A stretch of DNA of 63,156 bases, filler included. It is 6 parts of 6 records of this genome, joined end to end, with 100 filler letters (N's around TTAATTAATTAA, not from the genome) between each part and the next. Parts side by side here need not be neighbours in the genome. Positions count along the whole stretch, not along the records: positions 1 to 28,948 come from SRR31147125_15222; 5 more parts are not named here. One strand, given 5' to 3'. Both the position numbers and the translations under genes were made by a program. Positions 1 to 10,503 of this stretch are shown here, piece after piece. Under the pieces are notes generated by a model. It worked only from the letters and a program-made list of their open reading frames with translations, ran no database searches and was not told the origin of the DNA. The first letter of the stretch is position 1; each line of letters opens with the position of its first letter.

Positions 1-31
1 TCATATCAATTTAAATTGATATGATTTTTTC
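1..31. terminator. Intrinsic terminator-like hairpin downstream of ilvE, cut by the window edge
   Basis: TCATATCAAT-TTAA-ATTGATATGA followed by a T-run. Confidence 0.55.
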
Positions 32-37
32 TTGTAT

Positions 38-1030
38 TTAAAGTACTGTAATCCAATGATCAGGGTCTGGTTGCTCTCCAAATTGAATATCAATGAGTGT
101 TTTAAATAGTTTTTTTGTTATAGGTCCCATTTTACCATCTTGATTAAAGAAGTGTTGATGTCCTTGATGTGTAATTGAACAAATAGGTGTGATGATTGCT
201 GCGGTACCACAAGCACCAGCTTCCTTAATATGATCAAGTTGATCAATATATATATCGGTTTCTAAAACTTTTAAACCAAGGATATGTTTTGCGATATATT
301 TAAGTGAACGATTGGTAATACTATTAAGAATAGAAGGAGAAGTTGGTGTGACATATGTATGATCATGGGTAATCCCAAAGAAATTAGATGTCCCACATTC
401 TTCAATTTTTGTATGTGTTTTTGGGTCTAAAAAGACACAGTCTTTATAACCTTGTGCTTTGGCATCTTCTTTTGGTTTAAGTGATGCCGCATAATTACCA
501 CCGACTTTGTATGCACCTGTCCCATTAGGAGCTGCACGGTCTATATCACTTGTAATCATGTGTACTGGTTCATCATCGAAATATTTTCCAACAGGTGTTA
601 CAAAAATAATGAATTTATAAGAAGTTGATGGTTTCACGCCTACATTATGTCCATAACCAAACATGAAAGGACGAATATACAATGTTGATAAATCACCATA
701 TGCTGGGACAAATTTTTCATTTTTTAATACTGTTTGTTTAACAGCTTCAATAAATTTATCAACCGGATAAGCAGGCATCATTAAACCTTCACATGATTGT
801 TGAAAACGCTCAGCATTATCTTTGATTCTAAATAAATGAATATGATTGTCTTTGGTTCTATATGCCTTTAATCCTTCAAAGCATGATTGTCCATAATGTA
901 GTGCAGTAGAAGAGATTGGCATTGAAATGTAGTCTGATGCTTGAAAATGACCTTCATCCCATTGTCCATTTTCATATGTTGAAACAAAAGCAAGATCTGC
1001 CTTTGAATAATTGAATGCTGATTTTTTCAT
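38..1030 (-). CDS. ilvE: Branched-chain amino acid aminotransferase (PLP fold IV)
   Basis: LHYGQSCFEGLKAY, LYIRPF, KVGGNYAAS, EECGTSNFF, GTAAIITPI motifs. Confidence 0.95.
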   Translation of the reverse strand: MKKSAFNYSKADLAFVSTYENGQWDEGHFQASDYISMPISSTALHYGQSCFEGLKAYRTKDNHIHLFRIKDNAERFQQSCEGLMMPAYPVDKFIEAVKQTVLKNEKFVPAYGDLSTLYIRPFMFGYGHNVGVKPSTSYKFIIFVTPVGKYFDDEPVHMITSDIDRAAPNGTGAYKVGGNYAASLKPKEDAKAQGYKDCVFLDPKTHTKIEECGTSNFFGITHDHTYVTPTSPSILNSITNRSLKYIAKHILGLKVLETDIYIDQLDHIKEAGACGTAAIITPICSITHQGHQHFFNQDGKMGPITKKLFKTLIDIQFGEQPDPDHWITVL

Positions 1031-1099
1031 ATCTTTAACCTCTTTCGTAGCTTTGTTTGTCTTATATTATATCATGAATTTACATCATTTTATCATATG

Positions 1100-1131
1100 A
1101 AAAAAGGCACACCCACATAAAGTGTGCCTTT
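1100..1131 (-). terminator. Intrinsic terminator of glnA
   Basis: AAAGGCACAC/GTGTGCCTTT stem, with a T-run on the minus strand. Confidence 0.75.
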
Positions 1132-1152
1132 GAAAAACAAAATACAATTAAA

Positions 1153-2493
1153 TTAAATGAGTGTTAAATACTTATCTAATTCAAATTGAGTAACTTCCAT
1201 TTTATATGCTGTCCATTCTGCAGTTTTAGCTTCAATGAGTTTATCAAATAAAACATCACCGATGGCATCTTTCATTAATTTAGAACTACTAAATACATCA
1301 ATCGCTTCTTTTAAGTTTTCTGGAAGATTAGTAATGCCATAGCGTTTTAATTCAGCAGGTGACATTCTAAATAAGTTTTTCTTCACTGAATCGACCTCTT
1401 TTAAATCATCACGAATGCCTGATAAACCAGATGCAAGTATACCACTCATAGCAAGATAAGGATTTGCAGAAGGATCAACAGAACGTACTTCGATACGTGT
1501 TGCTTTACCTCTAGCAGCTGGGATACGAATCATAGTTGAACGATTTGCATCACTCCAAGAAATATAGCAAGGTGCTTCAAAACCTGGTACTAAACGTTTA
1601 TATGAGTTAATGGTTGGATTAGTGACTAAGCCAAACTCTCTTGCATGCTTCATGACACCTGCAATGAATTTACGTGCTGTCTTACTTAATTGTTTAGGAT
1701 CATTTGGATCATAGAATAAGTTGTTGCCATCAGCATCTGATAACGAACAGTTTGTATGCATACCAGAACCGTTAATACCTTTAACTGGTTTTGGCATAAA
1801 TGTCGCATGATAGCCATGACGTCTAGCTACATTTTTAACAACTAGTTTAAAAGTTTGGATATTATCACATGCTTGTAGTGCGTTATCATAGGTAAAGTTA
1901 ACTTCATGTTGACCATAGGCAACTTCATGATGAGATACTTCCATTAAAAATCCCATTTTCTCTAATTCTAAGACAATATCACGTCTCACATCTTCGGAAC
2001 CATCCATAGGTGATAAGTCGAAATAACCACCTAAATCTGAAAAGATATTGGTTGGTTTACCTTTTTCATCTAATTTAAATAAAAAGAATTCTGGTTCTAC
2101 ACCAACATTAAATTTTGCAAATCCAAGTTTTTCCATTTCTTTTAAATTTCTTCTTAGGATATATCTAGGATCACCATCAAATGGTACATGATCAGTTGTA
2201 TAAACATCACAAATAAGTCTTGCGACTTTTCCATTTGGAATAACTTCCCATTCTTGGATGAGCCATGTTGATAAATCTGGATATAAATACATATCAGCTT
2301 CATCAATTCTTACAAAACCTTGAATTGAAGAACCATCAAACATCACTTCGTTTGATAAAGCTTTTTCCAAATTAGATACTGGAATTTCTACATTTTTAAG
2401 TGTACCTAACATATCAGTAAATTGTAATCTTACGAATCTTACATTGTTTTCTTTTGCAGATTTTAATATATCTGCTCTACTTAAAGTTGACAT
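1153..2493 (-). CDS. glnA: Glutamine synthetase type I
   Basis: [66 protein letters not shown]. Confidence 0.97.
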   Translation of the reverse strand: MSTLSRADILKSAKENNVRFVRLQFTDMLGTLKNVEIPVSNLEKALSNEVMFDGSSIQGFVRIDEADMYLYPDLSTWLIQEWEVIPNGKVARLICDVYTTDHVPFDGDPRYILRRNLKEMEKLGFAKFNVGVEPEFFLFKLDEKGKPTNIFSDLGGYFDLSPMDGSEDVRRDIVLELEKMGFLMEVSHHEVAYGQHEVNFTYDNALQACDNIQTFKLVVKNVARRHGYHATFMPKPVKGINGSGMHTNCSLSDADGNNLFYDPNDPKQLSKTARKFIAGVMKHAREFGLVTNPTINSYKRLVPGFEAPCYISWSDANRSTMIRIPAARGKATRIEVRSVDPSANPYLAMSGILASGLSGIRDDLKEVDSVKKNLFRMSPAELKRYGITNLPENLKEAIDVFSSSKLMKDAIGDVLFDKLIEAKTAEWTAYKMEVTQFELDKYLTLI

Positions 2494-2594
2494 AAATTAC
2501 CCCTATTTCTAAAATATATGTTTAAATTTTACATGATATGATAAAAATAATCAACCCATTTATTATTTTATGAATAAAATTTACATTTATATAC

Positions 2595-2633
2595 AAAAAA
2601 AGTCTTAACAATGAAGTAATTGTTAAGACTTTT
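2595..2633 (-). terminator. Intrinsic terminator of the ABC exporter operon
   Basis: AAAAGTCTTAACAAT...ATTGTTAAGACTTTT long stem with A/T tails. Confidence 0.8.
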
Positions 2634-2636
2634 CGA

Positions 2637-3353
2637 TTAAATATGTTGTTTTTTACTAAATAACAAGAATACGAAATATGTAATGATGATATGTGTCAAA
2701 ATACCAAAGATAAAATATAACCAATGACTTGTTAAAAAAGTAGTTGTTTGAGGTAATTGACCATAAATAAGTTTCGTTGTCCAATATCCAGGTAAGAAAC
2801 CGAGTAATAATTCAGTCCAATTGGTTAAAAATATGGTTGCAATCGGTGCAATCAGCAACATCGCGCTTGACTTCATAATGACGAAACCTTCGACTTTGTT
2901 TGAAGCAAATAAATTAATAATTAGTGCAAACATAGGTGCTTGCATAGGTGCGAGTAGGGCAATCATGATAAAGACTGTAGCGCTTATATCATTGTAGAAG
3001 CCACTTGCGAATAAAAACATGATGGTACCAATGATACCTAGTAAATAAGAAAATAATAATTTGATTGCAACATACCATCTGACAGATATTGGGGTGATGC
3101 GTAAGCTTAAGATGACTTTATCATCTTGATCATCTAAGAGTGTAAACCCTGTGACAGCACCATATAAAATACCGTTCATAATAAGAAATGTTGTGACAAT
3201 CAAATTTTTGACAAGTAGTGTTGAGTTTTCCTCTAAATATGGAATGAGAAAGTATGCTATAACTGCCAATATGATGGGGTAGACAAATAAGAAAGTATAC
3301 ATTGAATCTCTAAACATAGATTTCATTTCATGTTTAAATATACGAGCTAACAT
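2637..3353 (-). CDS. ABC-2 type exporter permease (fluoroquinolone-export-like family)
   Basis: About 6 TM segments; LLDDQDD...LRITP and ASNKVEG motifs; in an operon with an ABC ATPase. Confidence 0.8.
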   Translation of the reverse strand: MLARIFKHEMKSMFRDSMYTFLFVYPIILAVIAYFLIPYLEENSTLLVKNLIVTTFLIMNGILYGAVTGFTLLDDQDDKVILSLRITPISVRWYVAIKLLFSYLLGIIGTIMFLFASGFYNDISATVFIMIALLAPMQAPMFALIINLFASNKVEGFVIMKSSAMLLIAPIATIFLTNWTELLLGFLPGYWTTKLIYGQLPQTTTFLTSHWLYFIFGILTHIIITYFVFLLFSKKQHI

Positions 3354-3354
3354 C

Positions 3355-4089
3355 TTATATACCTCCTTGTTTTAACACATAGGATTTAAAGTTTGGTTTA
3401 ACAACAAATTGATAGAGCACATATGATCCGATGAGTAAATAAACAAATGAAATATAAAAATCAATACCAATACTTGCACCAAATGCCGCATCAGCTAATA
3501 TCGCTGATACTTGAGTAGGTGTAAATAATAGTATATAATGCCAAATATCTCCTGTGAAAAACACATCTAGTTGTGCTAATACTGTAGGAATCATTAAAGC
3601 GATTGTATACATCATCACAACAACAAGCATTGATGTGAAATCTTTAGTGATATAGGTTGCGATAAATCCTAATAATGTATGAAAGAATGTTGAGAACATA
3701 AGCATATATAATAAAATGAATAAGTTAATCTCAAATGGGTCTATGATATAAAATGCGAGTACGACTAAACCGGTAGAAAAAATGGTTTGAATGACACCAG
3801 CAATTGATTTTGACAAAATAATTGCGCCATGTGTCACAGGTGTGACAAGTAATGTAGAGGCTGTAAATTCAGTTTTTTCAAAAAAGAGTGTTGCCCCTGT
3901 ATAAATAATGGCCATCATGGCTGTGTCGATAATAATTATCATAGGTAATAATGCGATAAAGACTTCGTCGTTATCGATAAAAAATAGAAGAAGAAACCAA
4001 ATCACTGCAAGTATAATACTGACATGAAAGACTTTATATTTAAAAAGTCTAATAAGCTCACCTTTTATGAGTTGTGTAAATTTATTCAT
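3355..4089 (-). CDS. ABC-2 type exporter permease
   Basis: Multi-TM; FFEK...LLVTP motif; operon context. Confidence 0.8.
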   Translation of the reverse strand: MNKFTQLIKGELIRLFKYKVFHVSIILAVIWFLLLFFIDNDEVFIALLPMIIIIDTAMMAIIYTGATLFFEKTEFTASTLLVTPVTHGAIILSKSIAGVIQTIFSTGLVVLAFYIIDPFEINLFILLYMLMFSTFFHTLLGFIATYITKDFTSMLVVVMMYTIALMIPTVLAQLDVFFTGDIWHYILLFTPTQVSAILADAAFGASIGIDFYISFVYLLIGSYVLYQFVVKPNFKSYVLKQGGI

Positions 4090-4939
4090 GAGATAAGCCT
4101 ACACCAGTGACTTTAATGAAAATATCTTCAAGTGATGTTTCGCCACTATGAATTGTTTCTATTTGTTTTTCTTTTAGCAATTGAATAAATGCTTTGTTTT
4201 TACCAATCTCATCAAGTAAAAACTCTTCAGATTTTGATTGATTATCTTCTATATATTCTACACGACATATACGGTTCCCATATTTGATTTTTAAGTTTCT
4301 TGGACTATCTAGTTCAATAATTTTACCACCTACAATGAATGCGACGCGATCACATAATTGATCGATGTCTGCCATAATATGACTTGTAATAAAAACAGTA
4401 CCACCTTCTTGTTTAAAAGTTCTTATCATATCTTTTAGAATCATTGCGTTCGTAGGATCTAGTCCATTTGTTGGTTCATCTAAAAATAACATGTTTGGTT
4501 TATTGAGCATTGCTCTAACAAAATTGAGTCTGATTTTCATACCTTTTGAATATTCACTGACTAATTTATCTCTATCTTCCCATAAACCAACTTTTTTCAT
4601 GAGTGTTTCTACATCTGCTTGTTGTTTATATAAACTTAAGAAGAAGTTAACATTTTCTAATGCAGTCATTTTAGAAAAATGAATAGGCATTTCAAAACTG
4701 ACACCAATAGATTCATAAAATTCATGATTGAGTTCACTGATTTGCTTACCATCATAACTGATGATGCCATCATAATGATCTAATAACTTAATGAGTAATT
4801 TTTGTGTTGTTGATTTACCAGCACCTGAGGGTCCAAGAAAACCAAAAATTTCTCCCTTATTTATCTCAAATGAGATACCTTTAATTGCTTCTTCAGCATT
4901 TTTAGGATATTTAAAATGCAAGTTTTCTACTTTAAACAT
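4082..4939 (-). CDS. ABC exporter ATP-binding subunit
   Basis: Walker A GPSGAGKST, signature YSKGM, Walker B LFLDEPT. Confidence 0.95.
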   Translation of the reverse strand: MFKVENLHFKYPKNAEEAIKGISFEINKGEIFGFLGPSGAGKSTTQKLLIKLLDHYDGIISYDGKQISELNHEFYESIGVSFEMPIHFSKMTALENVNFFLSLYKQQADVETLMKKVGLWEDRDKLVSEYSKGMKIRLNFVRAMLNKPNMLFLDEPTNGLDPTNAMILKDMIRTFKQEGGTVFITSHIMADIDQLCDRVAFIVGGKIIELDSPRNLKIKYGNRICRVEYIEDNQSKSEEFLLDEIGKNKAFIQLLKEKQIETIHSGETSLEDIFIKVTGVGLSHE

Positions 4940-5546
4940 GATGTTCGATTCCTTTCTTTAAAATCGTTATAAATTCTTCTAACTTATGTTTAAAATCTTC
5001 GATTGAAAATCCTTGGTCATAATAAGTATTAATTCTTTTTGAGTCTAGAAAACTATAAATCATGTGTGTTAACATTTCTGGATTGATATCTGGGTTTAAC
5101 TGATTTGTTGCTTGATCCTTTTTAATTAGTGATATTAAGAATGAATCTGCTTGTGCTTGTGCATCTTTGATAAAATCAAATTGATAATAATATTTGAAAG
5201 TCATCATATTTCTTCCCGCTTTATACAAAAGAGGATAGGATAACATGAATGTATAAGCCGATAAATACATGAATTTTACCATATCAATAAAAGAAGTATT
5301 TGGATCGATATCAGATAAAGCCATAAAGGATTGTTTTTTATTTCCAATATACTTAAATATATAGATGTATAATTCTTCTTTATTTTTGAAGTACTGATAA
5401 AAACTTCCACGCGGGATGCGTGCATCTTTGATCATGTTTTGAATATTAATATGATCGGGTATAGTTCTAGCAAACTCTCTAATTGCCGCATCAATAATTC
5501 TTTGTTTTTTCTCAGGATTTAAATTTTCGAATGTTTGATTGGACAT
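4932..5546 (-). CDS. TetR/AcrR family transcriptional regulator (start reassigned to ATG at 5546)
   Basis: TFENL..EKKQRIIDAA..EF and IPRGSFYQYFKNKEEL HTH; GGAGG RBS just upstream of 5546. Confidence 0.9.
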   Translation of the reverse strand: MSNQTFENLNPEKKQRIIDAAIREFARTIPDHINIQNMIKDARIPRGSFYQYFKNKEELYIYIFKYIGNKKQSFMALSDIDPNTSFIDMVKFMYLSAYTFMLSYPLLYKAGRNMMTFKYYYQFDFIKDAQAQADSFLISLIKKDQATNQLNPDINPEMLTHMIYSFLDSKRINTYYDQGFSIEDFKHKLEEFITILKKGIEHHV

Positions 5547-5555
5547 AGCACCTCC

Positions 5556-5575
5556 ATATGACACAGTTGTCATAT
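5556..5575. promoter_or_regulatory. Palindromic operator, probably TetR autoregulation
   Basis: ATATGACA-CAGT-TGTCATAT, a perfect 8-4-8 inverted repeat between the -10 box and the RBS. Confidence 0.75.
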
Positions 5576-5579
5576 TTAT

Positions 5580-5608
5580 ATCATACACTTAGAAATCTGA
5601 TTTGTCAA
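5580..5608 (-). promoter_or_regulatory. Sigma-A promoter of the tetR-ABC operon
   Basis: TTGACA-N17-TATGAT on the minus strand. Confidence 0.75.
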
Positions 5609-5609
5609 C

Positions 5610-5629
5610 AAAAAAAGGCCGAAGCCTTT
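5610..5629 (-). terminator. Short intrinsic terminator
   Basis: Minus strand AAAGGC-TTCG-GCCTTTTTTT directly at the stop codon. Confidence 0.65.
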
Positions 5630-6104
5630 AGTTTAGATTTACTTGACAATTAGATTTAGTAAGTTGTCTGTTAATGATATAAATACCGAGTAAAATCAGC
5701 AATAATGATACCAATTTATAAGGAAGACCAGCAAGTGGAAGAGCGATGACTGAAAAAGCAATACCAACACTTGCAAAAAAGGCGATCACACAGGATGTAC
5801 AACCATATGTTAATATACCAAATAATACACTGATAAAACCGAGTGATGAACCTTTACCTTCACGCCCATTAAGCACAACCATTGTTGTACTTAAGTGCAT
5901 AAGTAAAGCACTTAGTAAAGCCATGAAAACATTGAGTGATATATTAATCAAGACAAGATATAAACCAAATTCATTTTGCATGGATTGATAGGACATATTT
6001 AGTGAATCAATAACAAAATAAATCACCATAAATGTTAAAAAGAATGCGATAAACTGTATGATGTATTTCTTAGTTTTAAGCATATCGAGTGATGTTTTAA
6101 ACAT
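5628..6104 (-). CDS. Small multi-TM membrane protein with a GCTSC (CxxC) motif, function unknown
   Basis: Hydrophobic segments; GGAGG RBS; own terminator. Confidence 0.75.
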   Translation of the reverse strand: MFKTSLDMLKTKKYIIQFIAFFLTFMVIYFVIDSLNMSYQSMQNEFGLYLVLINISLNVFMALLSALLMHLSTTMVVLNGREGKGSSLGFISVLFGILTYGCTSCVIAFFASVGIAFSVIALPLAGLPYKLVSLLLILLGIYIINRQLTKSNCQVNLN

Positions 6105-6209
6105 AATTGAAAAACCTCCATAATAGTTAAATTATCTCTTTATTTTAATTATAGCATACATTGAAAATATACAAGATTTAATGCAAACGTTTTTTTTCAT
6201 GTTTTAATG

Positions 6210-6237
6210 TTGACATATCAAAATAATGTAATATAAT
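6210..6237 (+). promoter_or_regulatory. Sigma-A promoter of potABCD
   Basis: TTGACA-N16-TATAAT, both boxes at consensus. Confidence 0.75.
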
Positions 6238-6322
6238 ATATGTGGTCTAGTTTATATTAGGTTAACAAATAGTTAAGTAATACTAAACTTTTATTATATA
6301 CAAAAGGTTTTCGGAGGTTTAT

Positions 6323-7609
6323 ATGGCAGCTTTAATCGAATTAAAAGATGTAACAAAAGAATTTAATGGACAAGTTGTTTTAAGAGGGATCGACTTAACA
6401 ATCGAGCAAAATGAATTTGTCACACTACTTGGTCCTTCAGGTTGTGGAAAAACAACAACACTAAGAATTATTGGTGGTTTTGTTGAACCAAGCCAAGGAC
6501 AAGTCCTATTTAATGGGAATAACATATTAGAAACACCTGCGCACAGAAGACCAACGAACACAGTGTTTCAAAGATATGCATTATTTCCTCACTTAGATGT
6601 ATTTGAAAATGTTGCTTTTGGTCTTAGGGTTAAAAACGAATCACTAGAGACAATGGAAAAAATTCGTTTTCTACAAAGAAGTTATCAAAAACAAATTAAA
6701 GGTTTAAGAGATAGTGCAACGATTAAAACACTAAGAAAAGAACTTAAACTAAAAATCAAAGCACTAAGAGATCCCAATCATGTATATAAAGAACAAATTG
6801 AAGCATTAAAAAAACAAATAAATCCATCTAATCAATCATCGATTGAGCAAGAGATAGCGTCGATTAAAGAAAAATTTGTCACAAAGGCATCAAAAGAAAA
6901 AGAAATTACGCAAAAAGTTAATAAATATTTAAAAATGGTTGGCCTTGAAGGCTATGAAAATAGAGAAATCCATCGTTTATCAGGTGGACAACAACAAAGA
7001 GTTGCAATCGCTAGAGCATTAATTAATGAACCACAAGTTTTACTCCTTGATGAGCCACTTGCTGCACTTGACTTAAAACTAAGACAAGAGATGCAATATG
7101 AATTAAAAGAAATTCAAAGATCATCAGGTATTACATTTATTTTTGTGACACATGATCAAGAAGAAGCACTCACAATGAGCGATAAAATTGTGGTCATGAA
7201 CCAAGGTGAAATCTTACAAATTGGATCACCCGAAGATATTTATAATGAACCAGCAAGTAAATTTGTCGCTAATTTTATTGGTGAATCAAATATTATGGAA
7301 GGCATCATGCTTGATGATTTCAAAGTAGCTTTTGATGATCAAACATATGCATGTGTTGATTCTGGTTTCTCTAAAAATGAACGTGTGGATGTTGTGATTC
7401 GACCTGAAGATATTGACATCGTTGAAGTGGGTAAAGGATTGATGACAGGTATTGTTGATAGTGTCGCTTTCAAAGGTGTACATTATGAAATAGATGTAAA
7501 AACGGATCGACGAATCTATACGATTCATACCACAGATCATGTAGATCTTGGTGAGCAAGTTGATCTATCATTTGGTAAAGAAGATATCCATGTCATGGAG
7601 CAATGGTAA
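6323..7609 (+). CDS. potA: Spermidine/putrescine ABC transporter ATPase with a charged insertion
   Basis: [47 protein letters not shown]-like C-terminus. Confidence 0.93.
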   Translation: MAALIELKDVTKEFNGQVVLRGIDLTIEQNEFVTLLGPSGCGKTTTLRIIGGFVEPSQGQVLFNGNNILETPAHRRPTNTVFQRYALFPHLDVFENVAFGLRVKNESLETMEKIRFLQRSYQKQIKGLRDSATIKTLRKELKLKIKALRDPNHVYKEQIEALKKQINPSNQSSIEQEIASIKEKFVTKASKEKEITQKVNKYLKMVGLEGYENREIHRLSGGQQQRVAIARALINEPQVLLLDEPLAALDLKLRQEMQYELKEIQRSSGITFIFVTHDQEEALTMSDKIVVMNQGEILQIGSPEDIYNEPASKFVANFIGESNIMEGIMLDDFKVAFDDQTYACVDSGFSKNERVDVVIRPEDIDIVEVGKGLMTGIVDSVAFKGVHYEIDVKTDRRIYTIHTTDHVDLGEQVDLSFGKEDIHVMEQW

Positions 7610-8466
7610 TGCAAGCAGATCGTAGAATTAAAAGAAAAAAATCAAAATTATCATTTGATCATTACCTCGGTCTTCCTTACTACATCATATTAGCAGTATT
7701 AGTTGTTATACCTATATTTTTACTTGTTTTATCTTCATTTCAGTCAGAGACATATTCAAACACCATATTCCCGTTTCAATTTACGCTAGAACACTATATA
7801 GAATTCTTTAGTCAATCATCGTTTGTTAGATCGATGTCAAATAGTATATGGATTGCATTTGCTACAACTGTTGGATCACTTGTTATAGGATATCCTTTAG
7901 CGTACATATTAACAAAAATGCCAAGCAAAAAAGCAGCGATGTTACTTATTTTAATTAATGCACCCATGTGGATTAACACATTACTTAGAATTAGAGCATT
8001 AGAACAAATCTTTAGAATGATGTTTCCATTTCTTATTGATTCTAGTTTGGGTATTGTTATTGGACTCATTTATATCTACCTACCATTTATGGTCCTACCC
8101 ATTTACACTGTCTTAGTAAAGATTGATCCTAATTTATTAGAATCATCTTATGATTTAGGTGCAAATCGACAACAAACGTTTACTAAAGTTGTCCTTCCTT
8201 TATCATTATCCGGGGTGCTATCTGGTGTCCTTATGGTATTTTTACCAGCAGCAACAACCATTATTGTGCCTCAATATTTAGCACCAAGCCAAAACATATA
8301 TATGATTGGTACGTTAATTGAACAAATGGTGAGAAAAAGTTCTAAGATTAGTTATGCATCTGCGGTTGCGATTATATTATCAATTATTATATTAGGCATT
8401 GTATATTATATTAACAAGCTAGATAAATATAAGGGGGTCAGTCAAAATGAACGTGAAGAAGCGTAA
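7603..8466 (+). CDS. potB: Polyamine ABC permease
   Basis: [22 protein letters not shown]-like loop LESSYDLGA. Confidence 0.9.
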   Translation: MVMQADRRIKRKKSKLSFDHYLGLPYYIILAVLVVIPIFLLVLSSFQSETYSNTIFPFQFTLEHYIEFFSQSSFVRSMSNSIWIAFATTVGSLVIGYPLAYILTKMPSKKAAMLLILINAPMWINTLLRIRALEQIFRMMFPFLIDSSLGIVIGLIYIYLPFMVLPIYTVLVKIDPNLLESSYDLGANRQQTFTKVVLPLSLSGVLSGVLMVFLPAATTIIVPQYLAPSQNIYMIGTLIEQMVRKSSKISYASAVAIILSIIILGIVYYINKLDKYKGVSQNEREEA

Positions 8467-9262
8467 TTATGGGCAACTTATATTTTTATCAAGTGTCTTA
8501 GTCTTTATTTATGCACCAATTGTCAGTATTGCGATATTTTCTTTTAACAGTGATGACTCGCTAACACGTTGGTCAGGATTTACACTAAGACGCTATGTGG
8601 AGTTATTTCAAGATACACAATTGTTTAATTTTGCAAACCCTAGTGAGTCCATTGTATTTATGACGATTTGGATTGCGATTGTATCAACATTTATATCAAC
8701 GATATTTGGTACATTAGCAGCGATATCTTTAGCAAAAACAAAGAAAAATATTAGAGATTTAACGATGCAAGTTAATAATATCCCAATTGTATCTCCTGAT
8801 ATTATTATTGCAGTATCATTACTTGTATTATTTGGAGCGATGCAAATTGCACCATCATATAACACGATGTTACTTGCACATATTGCATTTTCTACACCTT
8901 ATGTATTAATTACAGTGTATCCAAAAGTAAAAAGTCTAGATCCTAACTTAGCACATGCTGCTTATGACTTAGGTGCAACACCACTGCAAACATTGTTTAA
9001 AGTGATATTACCACAAATAAAAGTTGCGATTTTTGCAGGTGCAATACTCGCATTTACCATGTCATTTGATGACTTTATTATTTCATATTTTGTTGCTGGT
9101 TCTAGTGGCGATATGAATTTATCGATTTATTTATATACAAATAAATTGAGACCAAAACCAATTATTAACGCACTATCTACAATTATTTTAATGATAGTCG
9201 GTGCGAAGATATTATATGATTATTTTAAAACAGATAAAAAAACGAATAGGAGCATAAGATGA
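8447..9262 (+). CDS. potC: Polyamine ABC permease
   Basis: YAPIV..FSFN, HIAFSTPYV, FTMSFDDF. Confidence 0.9.
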   Translation: MNVKKRNYGQLIFLSSVLVFIYAPIVSIAIFSFNSDDSLTRWSGFTLRRYVELFQDTQLFNFANPSESIVFMTIWIAIVSTFISTIFGTLAAISLAKTKKNIRDLTMQVNNIPIVSPDIIIAVSLLVLFGAMQIAPSYNTMLLAHIAFSTPYVLITVYPKVKSLDPNLAHAAYDLGATPLQTLFKVILPQIKVAIFAGAILAFTMSFDDFIISYFVAGSSGDMNLSIYLYTNKLRPKPIINALSTIILMIVGAKILYDYFKTDKKTNRSIR

Positions 9263-10503
9263 AAAAATATTTATTAGTATTAACACTGATCACAACCACT
9301 GTGTTTTTGGCAAGTTGTCAAAGTGGACCTACCCTAAATTTATATAATTGGGGTGAGTATATAGATGATGCTTTAGTTGAAGCATTTGAAGAAGAGTCAG
9401 GTATTAAAGTAAAACAAATTGCATTTGATTCAAATGAAGTTGCAATCACACAAATTAAAGCTGGTAATGATTATGATTTAGTCATTCCTAGTGATTATGC
9501 AATTGAACAATTAGCAGCTGAAGATTTAATTGATCCAATTGATTGGGAAAGAGTGACAACTTTTGATAAAGAAACTGATATAGCAACTGGTCTTGATAGT
9601 GTATTAACAACGCTTGATAATCAGGGAGAAGGTTTTGATCTCTTAGAATATGCAGTACCTTATTTTTGGGGCAATGTAGGTATTTTATATGATACAACAG
9701 TTGTTGATGAAGCAGATTTAACTGGATGGGATGTACTTAATATGTCAGATACATATGAAATTGCATTTTACAATAGTTCTCGAGATGCATACATGAGTGC
9801 AATGTTTGCAACAAATACAGCGGATATTAACAATCCAACTGATCAAGAATTATCAGATGCTACCGATTGGCTAAATCATGCATTAACTTCAGATACTTAT
9901 GTGATTACAGATGACATATTTGAAGCCATGTTAGCACCTGCTACATATAACTTAGCAGTAAGTTATTCAGGTGATGCAAATTACTTAATGATGGAAAATG
10001 AAGACTTAAGTTTCTTTGTTCCTGATGAAGGGACAAATGTATGGGTTGATGGATTTGTTTTACCAAAAGGTTCAAATCAAGATTATGCTTATGATTTCAT
10101 TAATTTTATGTTAAGTTATGAATCAGCATTACAAAATACAGATTGGGTAGCATATACATCACCTCGACAAGATGTCATTGATGCATTACTTTTAGATGGT
10201 TATGATGCATATGAATCATCATTTGATGTGAGAATTAACGCAAATGATCAAGTGTATCGCTATAATAATACATTAAAAACTGAGATTGATAATTCTTGGC
10301 AAGAAATACTTGCGAATAAAGGATTTGATGAAGAAGGTATTGGAACAACGACAATTATCGCAATTGTTGTCGTTGCAGCAATTGTTATTGGTACTTCAGT
10401 AACTGCAATAATTAAAAAAGAAAGACAATTTAAGCGAAAAAAACTCCTAGAAAATTCTAGGAGTTTTTTTTACCATAATATATTTTTTTATCTTTGTACA
10501 TGA
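9259..10503 (+). CDS. potD: Polyamine-binding lipoprotein; true stop probably TAA at 10431-10433 (one A missing in the run at 10414-10419)
   Basis: LASC lipobox, NWGEYID, PSDY, PYFWG, YSGDA, GTNVWVD; as given, the ORF runs through a terminator into the convergent gene. Confidence 0.9.
   Translation: MKKYLLVLTLITTTVFLASCQSGPTLNLYNWGEYIDDALVEAFEEESGIKVKQIAFDSNEVAITQIKAGNDYDLVIPSDYAIEQLAAEDLIDPIDWERVTTFDKETDIATGLDSVLTTLDNQGEGFDLLEYAVPYFWGNVGILYDTTVVDEADLTGWDVLNMSDTYEIAFYNSSRDAYMSAMFATNTADINNPTDQELSDATDWLNHALTSDTYVITDDIFEAMLAPATYNLAVSYSGDANYLMMENEDLSFFVPDEGTNVWVDGFVLPKGSNQDYAYDFINFMLSYESALQNTDWVAYTSPRQDVIDALLLDGYDAYESSFDVRINANDQVYRYNNTLKTEIDNSWQEILANKGFDEEGIGTTTIIAIVVVAAIVIGTSVTAIIKKERQFKRKKLLENSRSFFYHNIFFYLCT
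10437..10471. terminator. Bidirectional terminator between potD and the GGDEF gene
   Basis: AAAAAAACTCCTAGAA-AA-TTCTAGGAGTTTTTTT. Confidence 0.8.

Noticed and set aside
2518-2534. ATGT-N9-ACAT palindrome upstream of glnA as a GlnR/TnrA box
   Set aside because: Two nt shorter than TGTNA-N7-TNACA with a mismatched half-site, in very AT-rich DNA; no glnR beside glnA.
6181-6200. TGCAAACGTTTT as a cre/CcpA site
   Set aside because: The right half lacks the CA at the required spacing.
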